From the IMG/VR virus record IMGVR_UViG_3300025131_000005: a DNA stretch of 64,000 nucleotides; one strand, written 5' to 3'. Positions within the stretch are counted from its first letter, which is position 1, and the number at the start of each line of letters is the position of its first letter. Below are positions 1-8,357 of the stretch, piece after piece. The stretch comes from a virus. The position numbers and the translations under genes were made by a program. The notes below the pieces were generated by a model, which saw only the letters and a program-made list of their open reading frames with translations, made no database searches and was not told where the DNA came from.

Positions 1-1
1 C

Positions 2-124
2 TGTAAGCAAGAAGGAAAACCACGCAAAGTCGGCATGCGCTATGCGCAGAAAGTGATGAAATTAGCACGCAAAATACAACGTAAGATTAAGATAATACAG
101 AAAAGTAAAATGGACAACCAATAG
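2..124 (+). CDS. 3' end of a CDS running in from the window edge (function unknown; possibly the C-terminus of a lytic transglycosylase-like protein)
   Basis: Open frame 2..124 read by hand: CKQEGKPRKVGMRYAQKVMKLARKIQ...MDNQ*. The YAQKV segment is only weakly suggestive of a function. Confidence 0.4.
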   Translation, partial: CKQEGKPRKVGMRYAQKVMKLARKIQRKIKIIQKSKMDNQ

Positions 125-131
125 TTACAAA

Positions 132-139
132 ACTATTTA
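132..139 (+). promoter_or_regulatory. ACTATTTA putative late promoter element
   Basis: Recurrent octamer, about 20 nt upstream of the GTG at 159. Confidence 0.6.
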
Positions 140-158
140 ATATTTAGAGGGATATGCT

Positions 159-404
159 GTGAAAATCACGAAAGACAAACTTAATCAAATCATTAATGAG
201 GAAATCAAGAGGCACCAAGTCCTCAAAGAAGTGAAAAAGGTATCACTAGTTGAAGGAAGTAGTCCGCAACTTTTGAAACTCATGAAAGAAAGATTTGAGA
301 AACTGGGCGCAAATTATTTCGAAGCCCTGCAGGAAAATGACAAAGAATTGGCTCAAACCTTGAAAGAAGAGCTGGATAAGATTTTTAACGATTTGAAAAT
401 ATAA
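159..404 (+). CDS. Small protein with MKITK-type N-terminal leader (putative virion internal protein)
   Basis: MKITKDKLNQIINEE, the same leader as ORFs at 14322-16420. GAGG RBS and late motif upstream. Confidence 0.7.
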   Translation: MKITKDKLNQIINEEIKRHQVLKEVKKVSLVEGSSPQLLKLMKERFEKLGANYFEALQENDKELAQTLKEELDKIFNDLKI

Positions 405-411
405 AAAAGTC

Positions 412-440
412 TTGACTTTCTTTCTTGATGTTGCTATATT
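412..440 (+). promoter_or_regulatory. sigma70-type promoter for sbcDC
   Basis: TTGACT (412-417), 17 nt spacer, TATATT (435-440). Confidence 0.65.
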
Positions 441-461
441 ATAGCTTATACTGGAGTTTGT

Positions 462-3400
462 ATGCGATTTGCGCATATTGCGGATACCCACATCCGTAAT
501 TTAAAATACCATAAAGAATATAGAACAGTTTTTAATCAGCTATACGAAAACCTTCGAGAGCAAAAACCTGACTATATTATTCACTGTGGTGATATAGCAC
601 ATACGAAAACTCAGATCAGTCCCGAATATGTGGAAATGTGTTCTGATTTTCTTAAAAGTTTGGCAGATATTGCGCCAACTTATGTGATTCTTGGTAACCA
701 CGATGGAAACTTGCGTAATTCTAGCCGTCAAGACGCCTTAACACCCATTGTAAAGGCTTTGGAGCACCCAACCCTACACCTATTACGTAATGCGGGAGAA
801 ACGCGCTTAGAGGGGAATTTTACGCTGAATGTCTTATCTGTATTTGATGAAGACAATTGGCAACAACCGACTGATAAAAATCGTATAAATATTTCGTTAT
901 ATCATGGGTCTATTTCAAGATGCCAAACTGATTTAGGCTGGACAATGGAGAGAGGTGAAAATGATATTAGCATCTTTGATAATTTTGACTATGGTTTTCT
1001 TGGAGATATTCACAAGACCAACCAAATTTTAGACGAAAAAGGAAAAATTCGTTATCCTGGTTCGACTGTGCAACAGAACCATGGAGAAACAAATGATAAA
1101 GGTTATTTGCTTTGGGATATAAAAGATAAAGAAAATTTTACTTGTGAACATTTTGTCTTATGTAATCCAAAACCTTTTATCACAATAAGATTGACACGAG
1201 CCGGAAGGATGCCCAAGAATATTGATATTCCAAAAGGTGCCAGGGTTCGGCTTCTTTCAGAAAATCATTTGCCTCTAGATACGATTCGTCGAGCAATTGA
1301 TATTGCAAAAACGCGCTTTAAACCCGAAGCCATAACTTATTTAAATCGTTCTAGCGGACAAAGAATTGATATTGAAGAATTAACTAAGTCTCTAATTAAA
1401 GAAGATTTGCGGGATATAACCGTACAGGAGGATTTAATTGGAAAATATTTACAAGAATATCAAGCTGATAAAAAAACAGTTGAAAAGATATTTGCCATTA
1501 ATAGGGTATATAAAACAAAGGTTGAAGAGGAAGAAGAAATTTCACGAAACGTCAACTGGCGTTTAAAAAAAGTTGAGTGGGATAATCTTTTTAATTATGG
1601 AGAAAAAAACTCTATTGAATTCGAGAATTTAAACGGTATTGTTGGTATTTTCGGAAAGAACTTTTCCGGAAAGTCCAGCATTATTGATTCTTTACTTTAT
1701 GCTTTGTTCAATACTACTTCAAAGAATAATCGCAAAAACCTCAATATTATTAATCAAAATAGAAATTATTGTCGAGGCTATGTTGAGATCGATGTTGCAG
1801 AAAAAACCTACAAAATTGAGAGAATAAGTACAAAATATCAAAAGAAACTTCATGGGAACGTTACAATGGAAGCTAAGACCGATCTTAATTTTAGTGTATA
1901 CGATAATGCTATTTGTGAAGAAGAAAGCTTAAATGGAACTTCCAGAAACGAAACTGACAAGAATATCAAAAAGATTTTTGGAAGTTTGGAAGATTTTCTT
2001 TTAACTTCGATGGCGTCACAGCTTGGCTCTCTTTCTTATATTGGCGAAGGATCAACGCGTCGAAAGGAGATTCTTGCTAAATTTCTCGATCTTGAGGTAT
2101 TTGAACGCAAGTACAGAATGGCAAAAGAAGATGCTTCTGATGCAAAAGCTTTACTAAAGAGAGATGAATCTCGTATATTTGATGAAGAACTAGCAGAAGC
2201 ACAATTAAAATATAACGAAAATGAGATTCACCTAACTTTAAAGGAGGAGGAATGTCAAGGTCTAAAAGTTGAGTTGGAACAAAGACAAGAATCTTTACGA
2301 GAAATAACAGAAAACTTGAGAGAACTTCCAGACGAAGTTGTTGATATCGTGCATGTTATTAATAATATTAAAGATTTAAAAGATAAGCTGGAATCTTGTG
2401 AGAATCTTGAAAAAGATATTTCTAATCAAATGGGCGACAAAGAAGAATATATGGCAATGACTGAAAAGTTTTTAAACAATCTTAATATAGAAGAAGCCAA
2501 AGAAAAACAAAAAGAGATTGAAGATAAAACCTTAGAACTAAGAAGTTTCGAAGAAGAAATAGAGAAGCTTCTGGAAGAGCTGGAACGCAAGAACAAAAAA
2601 ACTAGCTTATTAGACGAGGTACCTTGTGGAGATAAGTTTCCAAAATGCAAGTTTATTCAAGATGCGCATACAGCCAAAAAAGGTATTAAACCAACAAAAG
2701 TCGGAATTGATAACCTAAAGATCGATAAATCTAATATTTCTAATAATATAGAGAAACTTAATCCTAATGAAGTTTCGAAACACGTTCAGGAATATGAAAA
2801 TCTTTGGCAGAAATTAACTGAGGCCAAAAATGGTTTAAATCTCATTCAACTAGAACTCGAAAAAAATAAAAATGAGATATTTAAAACGAAAAATGATCTT
2901 AGTGAATTAGAGAGGCAAGAAGAATATTATGATGAAAACAAAGATCTTATTGAAAACTATGATAAACTATGCACTCGACAAAAAAATATTCAACTAGAAG
3001 TGGCGAAAATGAGCACACACTATGAAAAATGTCAAAAAGAAATTTTAGAACTTTATAAGGAGAATGGTTCATTAGAGGAAAGAACCGAAAAGATTAGCCG
3101 GGATAAAGAAGAATATCTCGCATTGCAAGATAACTTTTCTGCTTACGATCTTTATATGCGTTGTATGCATTCGAATGGAATTTCCTATGATATTATTAAG
3201 AAACGACTTCCGTTAATTAATTCTGAGGTATCAAAAGTTTTAGCCAATATTGTTGATTTTGAGATTTTCTTTGAAAACGACGATAACCGCTTGGATATAC
3301 TAATAAAACACCCTGGTTATGAACCGCGACCTATTGAAATGGGATCCGGAGCAGAAAAGACTATTGCTGCCATGGCTATACGTTTAGCATTGCTGAATGT

Positions 3401-3614
3401 CTCTACGTTACCGAAGGGGGATATATTTGTTCTCGACGAACCAGGAACGTCTCTAGACGAAGACAACATGGAAGGCTTTATACGTATTTTAGACATGATT
3501 AAGACACAGTTTAAGACGGTACTTCTTGTGTCTCATTTAGATTCCTTAAAAGATACAGTAGATACCCAAATAATGATTGAGAAGAAAAAAGGATATGCTT
3601 TCGTTAAACAGTAG
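462..3614 (+). CDS. sbcCD: Fused Mre11/SbcD nuclease and Rad50/SbcC ATPase (T4 gp47+gp46-like)
   Basis: Phosphoesterase motifs ADTH, CGDIAH, GNHD, GDIH. Walker A GKNFSGKS, long coiled coil, signature MGSGAEK, Walker B FVLDEP, VSH switch. Confidence 0.93.
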   Translation: MRFAHIADTHIRNLKYHKEYRTVFNQLYENLREQKPDYIIHCGDIAHTKTQISPEYVEMCSDFLKSLADIAPTYVILGNHDGNLRNSSRQDALTPIVKALEHPTLHLLRNAGETRLEGNFTLNVLSVFDEDNWQQPTDKNRINISLYHGSISRCQTDLGWTMERGENDISIFDNFDYGFLGDIHKTNQILDEKGKIRYPGSTVQQNHGETNDKGYLLWDIKDKENFTCEHFVLCNPKPFITIRLTRAGRMPKNIDIPKGARVRLLSENHLPLDTIRRAIDIAKTRFKPEAITYLNRSSGQRIDIEELTKSLIKEDLRDITVQEDLIGKYLQEYQADKKTVEKIFAINRVYKTKVEEEEEISRNVNWRLKKVEWDNLFNYGEKNSIEFENLNGIVGIFGKNFSGKSSIIDSLLYALFNTTSKNNRKNLNIINQNRNYCRGYVEIDVAEKTYKIERISTKYQKKLHGNVTMEAKTDLNFSVYDNAICEEESLNGTSRNETDKNIKKIFGSLEDFLLTSMASQLGSLSYIGEGSTRRKEILAKFLDLEVFERKYRMAKEDASDAKALLKRDESRIFDEELAEAQLKYNENEIHLTLKEEECQGLKVELEQRQESLREITENLRELPDEVVDIVHVINNIKDLKDKLESCENLEKDISNQMGDKEEYMAMTEKFLNNLNIEEAKEKQKEIEDKTLELRSFEEEIEKLLEELERKNKKTSLLDEVPCGDKFPKCKFIQDAHTAKKGIKPTKVGIDNLKIDKSNISNNIEKLNPNEVSKHVQEYENLWQKLTEAKNGLNLIQLELEKNKNEIFKTKNDLSELERQEEYYDENKDLIENYDKLCTRQKNIQLEVAKMSTHYEKCQKEILELYKENGSLEERTEKISRDKEEYLALQDNFSAYDLYMRCMHSNGISYDIIKKRLPLINSEVSKVLANIVDFEIFFENDDNRLDILIKHPGYEPRPIEMGSGAEKTIAAMAIRLALLNVSTLPKGDIFVLDEPGTSLDEDNMEGFIRILDMIKTQFKTVLLVSHLDSLKDTVDTQIMIEKKKGYAFVKQ

Positions 3615-3639
3615 GTCAATACTAAACCCTCTCTGAGAT

Positions 3640-3647
3640 ACTATTTA
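3640..3647 (+). promoter_or_regulatory. ACTATTTA putative late promoter element inside an inverted repeat that overlaps the RBS
   Basis: ctctgag(3631-37)...ACTATTTA...ctcggag(3651-57). RBS GGAGG at 3654-58. Confidence 0.6.
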
Positions 3648-3666
3648 TTACTCGGAGGATTATAAA

Positions 3667-3864
3667 ATGGCTAGAGCTGCAAAAGCATTCTTAGATAAAC
3701 ATTTAGAGAGATTCATATCTCGCAAGTTTTTGGCATGGGGTACCGCAACGTATTTGGTTATCCTGGGTGGGGTTACCAGCGACGATTGGGTTGCTGTTAC
3801 TTTGGTATATATTGGTTCCGAAGCGTTGGTCGACATCGCTGCCAGGTGGAAACACGGGAGCTGA
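3667..3864 (+). CDS. Small membrane protein, holin-like
   Basis: 65 aa with two hydrophobic segments after SRKF, a charged N-terminus and a strong RBS. Confidence 0.55.
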   Translation: MARAAKAFLDKHLERFISRKFLAWGTATYLVILGGVTSDDWVAVTLVYIGSEALVDIAARWKHGS

Positions 3865-3869
3865 TAAAA

Positions 3870-4253
3870 TTGGTAGGTCTTCACAAAGCTTGGGTTTGGT
3901 TGAAGAATTATTGGTATATCCCAATTATTCTTGTTTTAATTTTGGTTGCTGCCTTCTCGGGCAGTGGAATCAAAAACAAATATTTTGATATTCTTTTGAA
4001 AGCAAAAGAAAACCATAGGAAAGAGGTTGAAATCATTGAGAAAAACCACGCCGAGGAAAAGCAGAAAACTCAAAATGCCATCAAAAAATATCAAGAAAAC
4101 GTTTCTGCCATCGAAAAAGATTTCAATGTTAAAATGGAAGAACTACCAAAGAAACAAAAGAAAGAAGTTGATAAAATCATTGAAAAGTACGAAGATGATA
4201 CAGACGCCATGGCTAAAGAGATAGCTAATATATTGGGAGCAAGAAATGATTAA
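3870..4253 (+). CDS. N-terminally anchored coiled-coil protein (i-spanin-like topology)
   Basis: Track ORF 3735..4253; likely start TTG 3870 after GGGAG. TM segment WYIPIILVLILVAAF followed by a charged coiled coil. Confidence 0.55.
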   Translation: MVGLHKAWVWLKNYWYIPIILVLILVAAFSGSGIKNKYFDILLKAKENHRKEVEIIEKNHAEEKQKTQNAIKKYQENVSAIEKDFNVKMEELPKKQKKEVDKIIEKYEDDTDAMAKEIANILGARND

Positions 4254-4710
4254 GAAGATTTTTATAGCATTTTTGACTGTTTGTTTTTTATGTTCGACGA
4301 CAAACGCAGCTTCTCAAGAATTAGAAGAGCAAGAAGGTCGCGTTACCTCTATTTCCAAAAATGAAGCAGCCCCGTTTTCAGGAATCCTCTTAGACTCTAT
4401 TGCGGGGGCAAAGTTCATAGCAAAAAACAAATATTGTTCTGAGGAAATGGAACTTAAGCTCCGAAAAGAATTTCAGATTCAATTGGCCGATAAACAACTT
4501 ACCATCGATGTTTTACAGGCACAGTATGATTCTCTCAAAAAAACACATAATGGATTCCTAATTCAGAAAGAAGAAGAGATATCTCAACTTAACGAGATCA
4601 TTAAAGACGAGATTGATGATCATTCACATATTTGGTTTGCCACTGGAACAGCTTTAGGAATATTGCTTTCAATTGGAATCTTCTTTGCAGCAGTGGAGAT
4701 ACAAGACTGA
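4246..4710 (+). CDS. Exported coiled-coil protein with C-terminal TM helix (possible spanin partner)
   Basis: Signal peptide MIKKIFIAFLTVCFLCSTTNA and C-terminal hydrophobic helix. No canonical lipobox. Confidence 0.55.
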   Translation: MIKKIFIAFLTVCFLCSTTNAASQELEEQEGRVTSISKNEAAPFSGILLDSIAGAKFIAKNKYCSEEMELKLRKEFQIQLADKQLTIDVLQAQYDSLKKTHNGFLIQKEEEISQLNEIIKDEIDDHSHIWFATGTALGILLSIGIFFAAVEIQD

Positions 4711-5300
4711 TGGCTAGAAGAGGAACGATTGCCAATTATAGCTATGCCAAGCTTGCCAAGATAATTTCCGAAGAATCAGCTGGTGTATCTTCAGCTGCAG
4801 CTGCGGGCTCAAATTTTCAATTACAATGGAACAGCAGCGGTTCTCATGCAGGCGCAACAGACATAATTTACCAAAAATCAACCGGATATATGGGCACAGG
4901 TGTCACAGAGCCAAATATTACACATAGAATAACATTACCCAATACATCTGATGCAGGTGGTCAAATCAAAGCAAATGCTTATATCACCTATTCAACACGC
5001 CGCTTGAAAAAAGATATCAAGCCTTTGGAGAATTCATTGAATATCGTTACAAATCTTCAAGGTGTGGAATTCCGCTGGAAAGATAGCAATAAATTGGACT
5101 ATGGTTTTATTGCCGAAGATGTCGGGAAAACGTTGCCGGGGGTAGTACAATGGGAAGACAATGGGGATGATGCCCATGGAATGGACTACACAAAAATAAT
5201 ATCATTTCTTGTTGAGGCTGTAAAAGAACAACAAGAGCAAATAAGCGAACTAAAACATTTGGTTAAGAACAGTTGCTCTCCTTGTTGCAAAAAGAAATAA
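4710..5300 (+). CDS. Short fibre-associated protein with peptidase S74 intramolecular chaperone domain
   Basis: YSTRRLKKDIKPL...GVEFRWK...GFIAED...MDYTKII...LVEAVKEQQ. Start couples to the upstream stop (ATGA at 4710). Confidence 0.8.
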   Translation: MARRGTIANYSYAKLAKIISEESAGVSSAAAAGSNFQLQWNSSGSHAGATDIIYQKSTGYMGTGVTEPNITHRITLPNTSDAGGQIKANAYITYSTRRLKKDIKPLENSLNIVTNLQGVEFRWKDSNKLDYGFIAEDVGKTLPGVVQWEDNGDDAHGMDYTKIISFLVEAVKEQQEQISELKHLVKNSCSPCCKKK

Positions 5301-5400
5301 GTATTTTGTTGTATTAAACGCAATCCGTCTCTTCCGCTCGCCTATTTATGGCACGGGATTTTATATCTCGTTTAGGCTATATTTATAGGAGGATTTTTTT

Positions 5401-7383
5401 ATGGCTACTTATGGAAACAACGCTACAGGCGTTGGAACAATTGGGTGTGGAGTTATCACATCCACCGGAGCACTTACGTGTTCTTCGGGAATTTTAGTGG
5501 GTAGTGCCACTATTGAGGAGGCTGACTTGGAGACCATCGATGGTTTAACCAAAGGCACGGCCACGGCCAACAAGGTACTTGTTTTGGACTCAAATAAAGG
5601 CATTACTGGTATTACGCAGCTAACCGCTTCGTATATAAGCGGGACTTCGGCTCAGTTTACCGATCTTGCCGTTTCGGCCAACTCGTTAACGGTTGGTACT
5701 ACAACAATCAGTGCAACCGAGATGGCATATCTTGATGAAGTTTCAGCTGGTACTGCAGCTGCTTCTAAAGCACTTGTTTTGGATGCTAGCAGTAATATTG
5801 GTACAATTAACCAATTAACAGCTTCGTATGCAAAGATCGGTTACCTTGACGTAGAGGAAATCAACAGCGTTAGCAGAACTGAAACAACTCTTGAAGTTGT
5901 TGACAAGCTTATTCTCGCTGCTTCTGGATCAGCATCTGCAGCTGCAGATGGCTCTGGTCTCCAGTTCGGTGGCACCAGTGGCACCGATTCTGTAGCTTCT
6001 GTGCTTTATGAGCACACGGGTGCGAAACTTGAGTTGAAAATTGCTGGTACGGCATATGCTTCGGTAGATGCGGCTGGTATGGACGTCACAGGTGACTTAG
6101 ACGTCACAGGTGACTTAGATGTCCAAGGTGACCTTGCGGCAGCTACTTTGACGATGACTGGTTTTACTGTCGACGATGATGGGGACACTGCGCTCAAATC
6201 CCTTGCTGTTGACAATAGCTCAACCATCGGTTGTGACGCTGATACCGACATCATGACACTTGCTAGCACTTCTTTGGTTCTTGCTAACGATGTTGATTTC
6301 AACGTTGCTAAAGCTGGCGGTTTGCAAATTAATGGTACCGCAGTTACTGCGACTGCTACTGAACTCAACTATGTTGACATTACCACTCTCGGTACTGCCG
6401 AAGCTTCTAAAGCTCTTACCATCGCGGCTGATAGCTCTTGGACAGTTGCCGGTATGACTTGCGCCAATCTTGGTACTGTATCTGCCGCAACATCAATAAC
6501 TGCTACCGATTTAGTTGGTACCAATGTTGATGGTATTATTGGCTATGACACTCCACGCGCTAGTAAGTTCACAACCATTTCCGGTTCTGGCATATTGCAA
6601 GTTGGCGGTGTCTCTTATCACAATGGTAATATACAGCCCGTCAATAGTAATACTCATGATTTAGGCAACGGCGGCATGAAATGGAAAGATCTTTATCTTT
6701 CCGGAACTGCTAACGTTGGTTCTTTAACAGATGGAACTGCAACGTTGAACGCCGGCAACCTTTCTGGTCTAGGCGGTGTCACATCCACAAATGCCACAAT
6801 TACTACTTTGGCTGTTGCTGGATTCGGCGCTGCTGGTGATACCGGTCTTGTCGCTCTCACTAGTGATACTATGACCATGGCTGGTGGTAGTACTATCGCT
6901 GCACAGGTCGTAAGTTCAACTGGATTTACGTGCACCGGTAACGTTACTCTCGGCTCCGGGTCGGCCGACCGCGTGGTCCTTACTGGTAATGTGACTTCTT
7001 CAGCGGGTATTTATATTTCTGGTAAATCTGGTACATTCCCTTTGCAGCTTGCGTCTGGTCAAGGTGGTGTTAAAGCTGATGAATTCATCACTTATTCAGA
7101 TCGTAACTTGAAAACTAATATCCAACCAGTGGAAAATGCGTTAGATAAAGTTATGAAATTAGAGGCTGTTACTTATGACAAGAAAGCAACTGGTAAAAAA
7201 GAAATTGGCTTCATCGCTCAGGATGTTGCTCAAATTATTCCAGAAATTTGTTCTTTCGAAGAAGGCGGCGAAGCTAGAGGTATGGATTATTCTAGGATAA
7301 CCTCACTTCTTGTTGGAGCTGTTAAATTGCAGCAAAGTCAAATTAGTGCACTTCATGCTATTATTAAAAAGTTACAATCATAA
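5401..7383 (+). CDS. Tail fibre/spike protein with C-terminal S74 chaperone domain
   Basis: Gly/Thr/Ala-rich beta-repeat body. C-terminus YSDRNLKTNIQPV...GFIAQD...MDYSRI. Confidence 0.85.
   Translation: MATYGNNATGVGTIGCGVITSTGALTCSSGILVGSATIEEADLETIDGLTKGTATANKVLVLDSNKGITGITQLTASYISGTSAQFTDLAVSANSLTVGTTTISATEMAYLDEVSAGTAAASKALVLDASSNIGTINQLTASYAKIGYLDVEEINSVSRTETTLEVVDKLILAASGSASAAADGSGLQFGGTSGTDSVASVLYEHTGAKLELKIAGTAYASVDAAGMDVTGDLDVTGDLDVQGDLAAATLTMTGFTVDDDGDTALKSLAVDNSSTIGCDADTDIMTLASTSLVLANDVDFNVAKAGGLQINGTAVTATATELNYVDITTLGTAEASKALTIAADSSWTVAGMTCANLGTVSAATSITATDLVGTNVDGIIGYDTPRASKFTTISGSGILQVGGVSYHNGNIQPVNSNTHDLGNGGMKWKDLYLSGTANVGSLTDGTATLNAGNLSGLGGVTSTNATITTLAVAGFGAAGDTGLVALTSDTMTMAGGSTIAAQVVSSTGFTCTGNVTLGSGSADRVVLTGNVTSSAGIYISGKSGTFPLQLASGQGGVKADEFITYSDRNLKTNIQPVENALDKVMKLEAVTYDKKATGKKEIGFIAQDVAQIIPEICSFEEGGEARGMDYSRITSLLVGAVKLQQSQISALHAIIKKLQS
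6082..6135 (+). repeat. 18-nt tandem repeat x3 encoding (DV[T/Q]GDL)3
   Basis: gacgtcacaggtgactta twice, then gatgtccaaggtgacctt. Confidence 0.9.
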
Positions 7384-7425
7384 GGTTGTAAAATGTTAAC
7401 AATTTACATTTAATAATGTAAGATA

Positions 7426-7458
7426 AAGGCTCCTGGGGTTTCTGATCCCAGGAGCCTT
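7426..7458 (+). terminator. Stem-loop terminator after the fibre gene
   Basis: Perfect 12-bp stem aaggctcctggg/cccaggagcctt with a 9-nt loop. The U-tract is weak. Confidence 0.7.
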
Positions 7459-7482
7459 CTGCTTGTGAGATCTATTTATAAT

Positions 7483-7881
7483 ATGGAAAAAGATTGGGAC
7501 CAGATTGCACAAGTTGAAAAAGCTATTCGTCAAAAATATGGTAAAGATGCAATTATAAATCCTGCTTCAAATTGGTCGGAGGCCAAAGAAAAAGAATATC
7601 TGAAGCAAATAAAAGAGATTTCGAATAAACAAATCTCTTTGGATGAACAACAAGAGAAAGTAGAAGTGGATGGATTTTTAATAAACAAAAAACTACTTAC
7701 TAGGGAAATAAAAACAAACTGCCCGGTTTGTAAATTAAGGTTAAATACAATTAAAGACGATACATGTTTTAATAAATATGAATGTTGTTACAAATGCTAT
7801 ATAAATCACATTGAAGATCGCGAAGAGCGATGGCTTCAAGGATGGAGACCAGGAGAAACCAAATGTCACAAAAAGATTTAG
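7483..7881 (+). CDS. Hypothetical protein with Cys-rich (Zn-binding) C-terminus
   Basis: CPVC...C...CCYKC. ATG 7483 lies 4 nt after TCTATTTA. Confidence 0.7.
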   Translation: MEKDWDQIAQVEKAIRQKYGKDAIINPASNWSEAKEKEYLKQIKEISNKQISLDEQQEKVEVDGFLINKKLLTREIKTNCPVCKLRLNTIKDDTCFNKYECCYKCYINHIEDREERWLQGWRPGETKCHKKI

Positions 7882-8357
7882 ATGTCATAAGAGGAATAAT
7901 GCAAGCAGCTGCTGATTGTTACGACGGCGCTCTAGATGAAAAGGGCAATCCAATCCAAGTTGGGCTCAAGAGAGAAGATGGTAACCCTATTGTCGATTCA
8001 AGGACGATAGATGGTTTCAAAGTAAGAACAGATGGGACACATCTGCTTGTTACATATGAATCGGGTACAACTCTTAAAGAAGTATATGGTACAGATTTTG
8101 AAGGTAATTTAGAATTAACATTTGGTGATATCATTAAGTACTTAAAGAAGAGATACAAGCAAGTAACTGGCAATACTATTTCATTAACTGCCGTTGCTGA
8201 ATGTGATGCCCACGTGCAGAAAACTAATCGTGCGCGTGTGTGGGTGGTTGCTAAGAAAACCTATAAGATTGGTGGAGTACCCAGTATTAAGGATCGCCTA
8301 CAACCCAGCAAAGATACAATGGATGCTCAATTTAAGCGTTTTCTTGGCGAAGGATAG
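7863..8357 (+). CDS. Hypothetical protein upstream of terminase
   Basis: Track ORF 7830..8357; likely start ATG 7863 after AGGAG. Abuts terL. Confidence 0.7.
   Translation: MSQKDLDVIRGIMQAAADCYDGALDEKGNPIQVGLKREDGNPIVDSRTIDGFKVRTDGTHLLVTYESGTTLKEVYGTDFEGNLELTFGDIIKYLKKRYKQVTGNTISLTAVAECDAHVQKTNRARVWVVAKKTYKIGGVPSIKDRLQPSKDTMDAQFKRFLGEG

Noticed and set aside
7483-8357. Assigning either ORF upstream of terL as small terminase
   Set aside because: Position fits, but no gp16-like motif is recognisable, so both are left hypothetical.
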